Notes under the pieces: model-generated
What the model saw: only the letters and a program-made list of their open reading frames with translations
The model's database searches: none
What the model was told of the DNA's origin: nothing
Part shown: piece by piece, positions 57,719 through 64,000 of the stretch
Position numbering within the stretch: position 1 is the first letter of the stretch
How the letters are laid out: every line of letters starts with the position of its first letter
Source: Vicinamibacterales bacterium
GTDB lineage: Bacteria; Acidobacteriota; Vicinamibacteria; Vicinamibacterales; UBA2999
DNA length: 64,000 nt
Reading direction: 5' to 3'
Assembly: GCA_050246635.1 (NCBI GenBank)
Contig: JBFWVR010000002.1
Coordinates: 373,938 to 437,937 of the forward strand
Position numbers and translations under genes: made by a program

Positions 57719-58523
57719 GAACGGCGTGAGAGCCATCCAGCGTCTGCTGCTCGCCGCCTACGCCCTGGCCTGCCGCCTGGGACTCCTGCGGCTGCCAGGC
57801 GCCTCCCGCATCGTCCTGACCGCGTACGAGGCCTACAAACGGCGGATCGAGGCGCCCTTCCTGCCGGGCATGGCTCCCCTCGTCACCCCCGGCTCGCTCG
57901 CCCTCGACATCGGCGCCAACGTCGGCTTCTTCACCGAGCCGTTCGCGCGCTGGGCCGGACCGGAGGGACGCGTCATCGCGGTGGAACCAGACCCCGCCAA
58001 CTTCGCCGCGCTCGCGCACCGGGTCTCGTCGCGAGGCCTGGCGACCACGGTGACCCTCGTGGAAGCCGCCGCCGCCGCGACGGCCGGCCCGGGGCTGACC
58101 CTCGCGCAGGACCCCGACCATCCAGGCAACCATCGCCTCGCCCCGGACGGCCTCCCCGTGCGCGGGGTCACGGTCGACGAGCTCGTGGCCCGCGTCCCGG
58201 ACCACCGCGTTTCGCTGATCAAGATCGACGTGCAAGGGGCAGAGCTGCTCGTCCTGCGTGGCGCGGCGCAGACCCTGGCCCGCCACCGTCCCGCCCTGCT
58301 CGTCGAAATCGACGATGACGCGCTACGGGCGCTCGGAGCGTCGGCCGGCGAAGTGTGCGACTACCTTGCCGGCGCCGGGTATGCCCCGCATGCCGTGTCG
58401 GCCCGCGGCGTGGGGGAACCCCTCGCGCGCGGCGAGGTGGTCGAACGTTCCGCGCGCGGCGAGTACCTCGACGTGCTGTTCGTCAGCGGCGCCGCTACCG
58501 GCGGGGACGGGCCACGAGGTTGA
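57717..58523 (+). CDS. FkbM-family methyltransferase
   Basis: 268-aa ORF containing ALDIGANVGFFTEPFA…VIAVEPDPANFAAL…LIKIDVQGAELLVLRGA. The start may instead be GTG 57726. Confidence 0.8.
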   Translation: MNGVRAIQRLLLAAYALACRLGLLRLPGASRIVLTAYEAYKRRIEAPFLPGMAPLVTPGSLALDIGANVGFFTEPFARWAGPEGRVIAVEPDPANFAALAHRVSSRGLATTVTLVEAAAAATAGPGLTLAQDPDHPGNHRLAPDGLPVRGVTVDELVARVPDHRVSLIKIDVQGAELLVLRGAAQTLARHRPALLVEIDDDALRALGASAGEVCDYLAGAGYAPHAVSARGVGEPLARGEVVERSARGEYLDVLFVSGAATGGDGPRG

Positions 58524-59334
58524 TACCGGCGCCGTGCGGCACCGATGCGACGAGGCGCCGCAGATCTCCCACCGGCCGCAGATGGTCGTCGAGAAGATCA
58601 TACCCGCGGCTGGTGAAGAAGCCGGGCAGCGACTCCGGCGCCTCGCCCCGTTCCTCGATCAGATAGGGACAGAACTCGAAGACCACCGTCGGGCGCAGGC
58701 GCTCGACGACGGCAGTCGCCCCGGCAACGATGGGGAGTTCGTGACCGTCGACGTCCAGCTTGACGAGATCGATGGCGTCGAGCCCGAGGGAAGCCGCCAG
58801 TCCGTCGAGCGTCATGAACGCCGCGCCACCGGCAGGTGCGCCCACCCCGCCGTGCACGGGGTGCCGCTCACCACCCGGCGTCAGGGGCCAGCCGGAGAAG
58901 TAGCGTTCCTCGACGATGCCGCCAGGCGCGCCCAGCGCGGCGTGCACGGCCGTCACCCGATCCGCCAGCCCCGGGTTCAGCGCGACGTTGCCCCGCAGCC
59001 GATCGAAGGCGGCCCGCGACGGTTCGACCGCCACGACCCGCCCGGACGGTCCGACCGCGGCGGCCAGCGGCAAGGCATGGGCCCCGACGTTCGCGCCAAT
59101 GTCGACGACGACCGATCCCGGTGACACCAGGTGCCGCAGCAAACGGCCCGCGCCGGCCTCGTAGGTGCCGAGGTAAATCCCGAGCTGGACGCCTTCGCTG
59201 ATGTCGAGCGCCCAGCGGACCCCGCGCCGCCGGCAGATGACCTCGGAGCCCGGGCGGCCGACCAGTCTCCGCGCCGTGCGCACGACCTGGTACAAGCGGC
59301 CGGCAATGGTCAGCTTCGCGCGTGTCGTCAGCAT
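58495..59334 (-). CDS. FkbM-family methyltransferase
   Basis: 279-aa ORF containing VVDIGANVGAHALPLA…VVAVEPSRAAFDRL…LVKLDVDGHELPIVAGA. Its 3' end overlaps the convergent 57717..58523 gene by 29 nt. Confidence 0.8.
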   Translation of the reverse strand: MLTTRAKLTIAGRLYQVVRTARRLVGRPGSEVICRRRGVRWALDISEGVQLGIYLGTYEAGAGRLLRHLVSPGSVVVDIGANVGAHALPLAAAVGPSGRVVAVEPSRAAFDRLRGNVALNPGLADRVTAVHAALGAPGGIVEERYFSGWPLTPGGERHPVHGGVGAPAGGAAFMTLDGLAASLGLDAIDLVKLDVDGHELPIVAGATAVVERLRPTVVFEFCPYLIEERGEAPESLPGFFTSRGYDLLDDHLRPVGDLRRLVASVPHGAGINLVARPRR

Positions 59335-59335
59335 C

Positions 59336-60103
59336 TCAAATGTCGCGGCGCCGGAGACGGATCACGGCGAACATCGCCAGGTGGGGCATGAGCGGGCCGA
59401 GGGCCTCCTCGATCCGGCGGCAGAGACCGAAAGACCAGCCGGGTACGAACCGCGCGCGGGTGACCCCACCCGACAGCAGGTAGGCGAAGGGCATGCACGG
59501 GTCGACAGCCTCGATGCGCCAGGCGGGGAACTCGCGTTCGAATTGCGCCCGGTCCCGCCCGAACACCAGCCAGGGCAGGGCGCCGTTGGCCGCGGAGAGC
59601 CGGCCGGTACCCGGCAGTTCCCAGGCCGTGGCATCGGGTTCGAAGGGCTCGTGGTGCAGCCAGCGGTAGACCACCCGCGACCAGGCCGAGACCCAGGGCT
59701 CCACCATGATGATCACCCCGCCGGGCCTGACCACCCGCGCGGCGTCGGCGAAAAACGCCCGCGGCCGCCCGACGTGGTGCAGCACGTTGGTCATCACGAT
59801 GGCCTTCAGGCTGCCCCCGGCCAGCGGCAGCGCCGTCGCGTCGAGCGCCAGGCGGGCCGGCCGGACCGGGACGATTTCGGACGCGATGAGACCGGGAACC
59901 CGCTCGTCGAGAAACCCGCCGCCCGCCCCCACCTCGAGCACCCGCCCGGGCCCCGACGGCAGGGCCGCCTGGATCCGGTCGTACCACTCGTCATAGACGC
60001 GGCGCAGGAACGGCTTGGACCGGACGATGGCGCCATGCACCGGCACGAGGCCGGGATCGTCGGGGGCGAACCCGCGCGCCAGCGGATGGGTCAACAGGCT
60101 CAT
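59336..60103 (-). CDS. class I SAM-dependent methyltransferase
   Basis: Part of ORF 59336..60442. ATG 60103 is in an ATGA overlap (tcat 60100-60103). Contains VLEVGAGGGFL…AIVMTNVLHHVGRP…VRPGGVIIMVEP. Confidence 0.8.
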   Translation of the reverse strand: MSLLTHPLARGFAPDDPGLVPVHGAIVRSKPFLRRVYDEWYDRIQAALPSGPGRVLEVGAGGGFLDERVPGLIASEIVPVRPARLALDATALPLAGGSLKAIVMTNVLHHVGRPRAFFADAARVVRPGGVIIMVEPWVSAWSRVVYRWLHHEPFEPDATAWELPGTGRLSAANGALPWLVFGRDRAQFEREFPAWRIEAVDPCMPFAYLLSGGVTRARFVPGWSFGLCRRIEEALGPLMPHLAMFAVIRLRRRDI

Positions 60104-61257
60104 GCCCGCCCCTGGGGGCTCGCGGGCGCGGCGCCCGTCACCGCCGTGATGACGCGTGCCTGCTCCTCGTCGGTGAGCTGGTAGAAGAGCGGCAGGCGGA
60201 CCAGGCGATCGGCCACGTCCTCGGTCACCGGGCACTGGCCGTCCTGCCCGCCGAACCGCCGGCCCATCTCGGAGAGGTGCAGCGGCTGGTAATGGAAGAC
60301 GAGCAGGATGCCGTCGGCCCGGAGCCGCGCAATCAGGGCGTCCCGGTCCGCGAGCGAGGGCAGCAGCATGTAGAAAAGGTGTGCGGGGTGCCGGCAGCCG
60401 TCGGGCACGGCCGGCAGGCCCACACCCGACGCCGCCGCCCACGGCGCGAGCGCGTCGGCATAACGCGCCCAGATCACCTGCCGCCGCGCCTGGATGGCGT
60501 CCCGCGCCTCGAGCTGGGCCCAGAGATAGGCGGCCAGCAGGTCGGACGGCAGGTAACTCGACCCGAGGTCCGCCCAGGTATACCGGTCGACTTCGCCGCG
60601 GAAGAACCGGCTCCGGTTCGTGCCCTTCTCGCGGATGATCTCGGCGCGCTCCACGTATCGCGGGTCATTGATCAGCAACGCGCCGCCCTCGCCGCACGTC
60701 AGGTTCTTGGTCTCGTGGAAGCTGAGCGTCGAGAGCGCACCGAGGCTGCCGAGCGGGCGGTCCCGGTAGCTGCCGAACAGGCCGTGGGCCGCGTCCTCCA
60801 CAATCGGCAGGCCGTGGCGGGCCGCGATCGCCCCGAGGGTGTCCATCGCACAGGCCACCCCCGCGTAGTGAACGACCAGGATGGCCCGGGTGCGCGGGGT
60901 GATGGCGGCTTCGACCAGGCGCTCGTCCAGGTTGAGGGTGTCGGGCCGGACGTCGACGAACACCGGGCGGGCGCCGCGCAGCACGAACGCGTTGATCGTC
61001 GACACGAAGGTGAAGGCCGGGCAGATCACCTCGTCGCCGGGCGCGATGTCGAGGAGCAGGGCCGCCATCTCGAGCGCGTGCGTGCACGACGTGGTCAGCA
61101 GCGCCTTGCGGCTGCCCGTGACGGCCTCGAGCGCCGCGTGGCACCGTTTCGTGAACGGGCCGTCGCCGGAGATGTGCCCCCCGGCCAGCGCCTCGCGCAT
61201 GTAGTCCAGCTCGCGGCCGGTCACCGCCGGCCGGTTGAACCAGATCGGATGCTGCAA
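60100..61257 (-). CDS. wecE: DegT/WecE-family NDP-4-keto-6-deoxyhexose 4-aminotransferase
   Basis: Part of ORF 60100..61452. TTG 61257 is preceded by GGAGG. IWFNRPAVTGRELDYMREALAGGHISGDGPFTKRC…SCTHALEMAALLLDI…FTFVSTINAFVLRGARPVFVDVRPDTLNLDE…SFHETKN…REKGTNRSRFFRGEVDKYTW-like blocks are colinear with E. coli WecE as I remember it. Confidence 0.85.
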   Translation of the reverse strand: MQHPIWFNRPAVTGRELDYMREALAGGHISGDGPFTKRCHAALEAVTGSRKALLTTSCTHALEMAALLLDIAPGDEVICPAFTFVSTINAFVLRGARPVFVDVRPDTLNLDERLVEAAITPRTRAILVVHYAGVACAMDTLGAIAARHGLPIVEDAAHGLFGSYRDRPLGSLGALSTLSFHETKNLTCGEGGALLINDPRYVERAEIIREKGTNRSRFFRGEVDRYTWADLGSSYLPSDLLAAYLWAQLEARDAIQARRQVIWARYADALAPWAAASGVGLPAVPDGCRHPAHLFYMLLPSLADRDALIARLRADGILLVFHYQPLHLSEMGRRFGGQDGQCPVTEDVADRLVRLPLFYQLTDEEQARVITAVTGAAPASPQGRA

Positions 61258-61467
61258 CGAACCTCCGTGCCCACGCCGGGCCCCGCCGTCCCGGGCCGCG
61301 CGAGGCTGGCCTGCCGGGCAGGGGTGGCCTATACTTGGGGCCGTCCCTGGGCCCCGTGGGGCCCGTTCAACCGAGTCAACGCGACGTACGACGGTGTCAC
61401 CCCGCGGCTCCGCCACCGCCGCCACCCGGCGGCCGGTCGGCACCGCGCACACGCCACTAGGTTACCA

Positions 61468-62982
61468 GTGAACGCCTCCGTCATCGTGCCGCCGGTGGTC
61501 TGCCACAACCTGGACGTGCACACGGGGATCCCGTTCATGCCGCACATGGCGGGACACCTGGCCGGCATGCTCCGTCACGCCGGCCACGCCGTGCACGTGG
61601 TCGACTGCTTCGGCCTGCAACCCAACCACCGCCGGGTGTCGGAGCCGTTCATGCTCATGGGTGCCGACGTCGATGGCGTGCCGGCCCGCCTGCCCGCCGG
61701 CACCCGGGTTGCGTTCATCTACTGCCGGACGATCGCGGAGTTCATCGCGGTCGAGCTGATCATCGCGGCCCTCCGCCGTGAGCGGCCCGAGATCGGCATC
61801 GTCCTGTTCGAGAACGTCCAGGCCGTGACGTCCTACTCGCTCCGGCACGTGGCGGACGAGTTCGTCGCCCACGGCGCGGACGTCGTGATGCTCGGGGAAC
61901 CGGAGTCGCGCGCCGACGCGGTGGCCACCGCGCTGGCGGCGGGCGCGCCCCTCGACCACGTGCCGGGCCTCGTCTTCCGCGCGCCGGACGGCACCCGCCG
62001 CACGGGCGACGATGTGCTCGAGCGCGACCTGAACGCGCTGCCGTTCCCGGCCTGGGACCTGTTCCCGCTCGAGGGCTACTGGTCGGCGGGCTTCGCCCAC
62101 GCCCCGGTCCGCCGCGGCGAGAAGTTCGTGCCCCTGCTCACGTCGCGCGGGTGCCCGTACCGGTGCACCTTCTGCATCGCGCCGGAGGTCAACCCCACCT
62201 GGCGGTCCCGCACGGCGGCCAATGTCGTCGACGAGATGGAGCATGTCCACCGGACGCTCGGCGTCACCGACTTCCACGTCTCCGACCTCGACCCGACCGT
62301 GAGCGATCGCCGCACGCAGGAGATCTGCCGCGAGATCATCCGCCGGCGGCTGCCCGTCACGTGGAAGCTGGCGCAGGGGACGAAGATCGAGACGATCAAG
62401 AGCGAGGCCACCCTCGACCTGATGGCCGAGGCCGGCTGCCGGTTCGTCTCGTTCTCGCCCGAGAGCGGCTCGTCGCGGCTGCTGAAGATCATGAACAAGC
62501 CGTTCGACCACGAGCACGCGCTGCGCATGGCCCGGCACATGCACCGCCTCGGCATCCGGATGCAGGCCGTGTTCATCGGCGGCGTGCCGGGCGAGACCGA
62601 GGCCGACCGCGCCGAGAGCGTGGCCTACGCGCGGCGGCTGATCCAGGCCGGCGTCGACGAGATCTCCCTCGTGATCTTCACCCCGCTGCCGGGCGCCGCC
62701 CTCTCGGGCGCCATCTCCGGCTATCGCCACTACTCGGAGTGCACGCCGTCACCGGCCTGGCGCGAGGATTACGGCGAGCTGATGGCGTACCGGCGGCGGA
62801 TGTACGTGAACTTCTTCCTCTCGAAGCTGCGGTGGCAGCCGCGCAAGGTGCTGCGCGAGGCCGTCGGCCTGGTGACCACGCGCTTCGAGACCAAGATGGA
62901 GATGTCGCTCTTCAAGCAGGTCAAGCTGTATGGCCTGCGCTACTTCCCCGCCCTCTTCCCGTCGCTCCGCGAGGCCCGGTGA
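61468..62982 (+). CDS. B12-binding-domain radical SAM protein (class B rSAM, possible methyltransferase)
   Basis: C-terminal 504 aa of ORF 60277..62982, with a GTG start at 61468 (VNASVIVPPVV…). Has an N-terminal flavodoxin-like B12 module and a CPYRCTFC radical-SAM cluster motif. The upstream part of the ORF is antisense to wecE. Confidence 0.75.
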   Translation: MNASVIVPPVVCHNLDVHTGIPFMPHMAGHLAGMLRHAGHAVHVVDCFGLQPNHRRVSEPFMLMGADVDGVPARLPAGTRVAFIYCRTIAEFIAVELIIAALRRERPEIGIVLFENVQAVTSYSLRHVADEFVAHGADVVMLGEPESRADAVATALAAGAPLDHVPGLVFRAPDGTRRTGDDVLERDLNALPFPAWDLFPLEGYWSAGFAHAPVRRGEKFVPLLTSRGCPYRCTFCIAPEVNPTWRSRTAANVVDEMEHVHRTLGVTDFHVSDLDPTVSDRRTQEICREIIRRRLPVTWKLAQGTKIETIKSEATLDLMAEAGCRFVSFSPESGSSRLLKIMNKPFDHEHALRMARHMHRLGIRMQAVFIGGVPGETEADRAESVAYARRLIQAGVDEISLVIFTPLPGAALSGAISGYRHYSECTPSPAWREDYGELMAYRRRMYVNFFLSKLRWQPRKVLREAVGLVTTRFETKMEMSLFKQVKLYGLRYFPALFPSLREAR

Positions 62983-63965
62983 GCGCGACCGACGCCAGCG
63001 CGCGCGTGGCCCCCGGCCGGCCGGCCCTCGCCGACCTCGTCGCCATCGCCCGCCCCGAGCAGTGGACGAAGCACATCTTCATCCTGCCCGGGCTGCTCAT
63101 CGCCTACACGCTGACCGACGGCCGGCTTGCGGCGCTGCCGGTCGTCGCGGGCCTCGCCGCGGCCTGCCTCATCGCCTCGGCCAACTACGTGCTCAACGAG
63201 TGGCTGGACGCGGAGTTCGACCGGCACCACCCGTCGAAAGGCGCCCGGCCCGCCGCCGTCGGGCGGTTGACGCCCCTGGTCGTGTACGTCGAGTACGGCC
63301 TGCTCGCGCTGGCGGGCCTGGCGCTGTCGGCCACCCTCTCGCGGGCCTTCCTCGTGACGGCCGTCCTGTTCCTCTTCGGCGCGGTGGCCTACAACGTCCG
63401 CCCGCTGCGCACCAAGGAGCGGGTGCACCTCGACATCGTCTCGGAGGCCTGGAACAACCCGCTCCGGCTCCTCTTCGGCTGGTTCATGGTCGACCCGACC
63501 GGCGTGCCGCCGTTCAGCCTCGTGCTCCTGTACTGGACGGCCGGCGCGTTCCTCATGGCGACGAAACGCCTGGCCGAGTACCGCTACCTCGTCGACGCCG
63601 GCGGGCACGAGCGGGCCGTGAGCTACCGGCGCTCGTTCGGCGGCTACGACACGAACCGGCTGGTCGCCGCCTGCCTGCTCTACGGCATGCTGTCGTTCTT
63701 CTTCCTGGCGGTCTTCCTCACGAAGTACCGCGCCGAGCTCGTCCTGTCGGTGCCCCTCTTCGCCTGGCTCTTCGTCCACTACTTCAGCACGGCGATGCGG
63801 CGGACCAGCCTCGCCGAGGCGCCGGAGCACTTCTACAGCCAGCCCGGCGTGCTGCCGCGGCTGCTGGCGCTCGTCGCCGCGGTCGTCGTCCTGTCGCTGG
63901 TGGACATCCCCGTGATCGAACAGCTGGTGAACAGCCGCTTCACCGTGATCAGCCTCGCCCCATGA
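62979..63965 (+). CDS. UbiA-family prenyltransferase, decaprenyl-phosphate phosphoribosyltransferase (DPPR synthase)-like
   Basis: C-terminal 328 aa of ORF 62151..63965. GTG 62979 is in a GTGA overlap with the rSAM stop. Contains RPEQWTKH, YVLNEWLDAEFDRHHPSKGARPAAVG (NxxxDxxxD…HPxKxxRP) and ATKRLAEY, with multiple TM spans. Confidence 0.75.
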   Translation: MSATDASARVAPGRPALADLVAIARPEQWTKHIFILPGLLIAYTLTDGRLAALPVVAGLAAACLIASANYVLNEWLDAEFDRHHPSKGARPAAVGRLTPLVVYVEYGLLALAGLALSATLSRAFLVTAVLFLFGAVAYNVRPLRTKERVHLDIVSEAWNNPLRLLFGWFMVDPTGVPPFSLVLLYWTAGAFLMATKRLAEYRYLVDAGGHERAVSYRRSFGGYDTNRLVAACLLYGMLSFFFLAVFLTKYRAELVLSVPLFAWLFVHYFSTAMRRTSLAEAPEHFYSQPGVLPRLLALVAAVVVLSLVDIPVIEQLVNSRFTVISLAP

Positions 63966-64000
63966 AGGTTCCCGAGCTGTCGCGCACCCGCCGGTTCTAC
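63962..64000 (+). CDS. partial CDS (first 13 codons MKVPELSRTRRFY, continues off the window)
   Basis: ATG 63962 is in an ATGA overlap with the UbiA-family stop and the frame stays open to the window edge. It is too short to assign a function. Confidence 0.35.
   Translation, partial: MKVPELSRTRRFY

Noticed and set aside
56635-61257. Brucella-type N-formylperosamine pathway (gmd, per, formyltransferase, wzm/wzt)
   Set aside because: The gene set is superficially similar. However, the aminotransferase is colinear with WecE (IWFNRP…GRELDYM…SGDGPFTKRC) rather than with perosamine synthases as I recall them, and the formyltransferase is 60 kb away. I cannot support this hypothesis from sequence alone, so I keep only the generic N-formyl amino-sugar idea.
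60277-61467. Upstream ~400 codons of the 901-aa plus-strand ORF 60277-62982
   Set aside because: This part is antisense to the WecE-like gene and has no protein-like composition. The rSAM homology (B12 module start VIVPPVV…) begins at GTG 61468.
61258-61467. Cobalamin riboswitch upstream of the B12-dependent radical SAM gene
   Set aside because: A GCCACT string occurs at ~61453. I could not find the rest of the conserved B12-element core (GGGAA…GGTG…, B12 box) or a convincing multi-stem architecture. An Rfam scan would be needed to revive this idea.
1-64000. CRISPR arrays, tRNA/rRNA genes, transposases, integrases or IS-type inverted repeats
   Set aside because: I saw no short-period direct repeats, no RNA-gene-like conserved stretches and no ORF with transposase or integrase motifs. 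The only repeats are diverged gene duplications. This was a visual scan only, so tRNAscan/Infernal and ISfinder searches would be the definitive check.

Overview
This very G+C-rich bacterial window is almost entirely coding and forms one large cell-surface glycan biosynthesis/export locus. I found no rRNA, tRNA, CRISPR array or mobile element. I call about 50 CDSs. Most lie in two long minus-strand operons (about 34758 down to 1, and about 61257 down to 38664). Their genes are chained by ATGA/GTGA stop-start overlaps. Recognisable parts:
- Wzm/Wzt ABC exporter, with a Wzt C-terminal glycan-binding-type domain.
- A CDP-hexose branch: RfbF, RfbG, a 3,5-epimerase, a reductase, two TylCIII-like C-methyltransferases and a CmcI-like methyltransferase.
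- Gmd, a WecE-like aminotransferase and a formyltransferase.
- Three GT2 enzymes and one GT61/DUF563 protein.
- A methyltransferase-GT2 (polyprenyl-phosphate type) fusion next to a YfhO-like GT-C membrane protein.
- A fatty-acid desaturase, a lipoprotein, a B12-radical-SAM protein and a UbiA/DPPR-synthase-like prenyltransferase.
- About 17-18 methyltransferase domains in total.

The main finding is a paralog family I cannot assign to any named family. Twelve genes carry about 16 copies of a twin-Rossmann, GT-B-like domain with shared motifs (DYLRYL, SWDNLT-KG, VWNE-QR-EA, RPHP, G-NTSA-EAAI-GRPV, QEGT-HF). Some copies are tandem fusions, some are fused through charged helical linkers to FkbM methyltransferases, and three are motif-degenerate versions. 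All calls come from reading the ORF track and sequence by eye. No searches or alignments were run.
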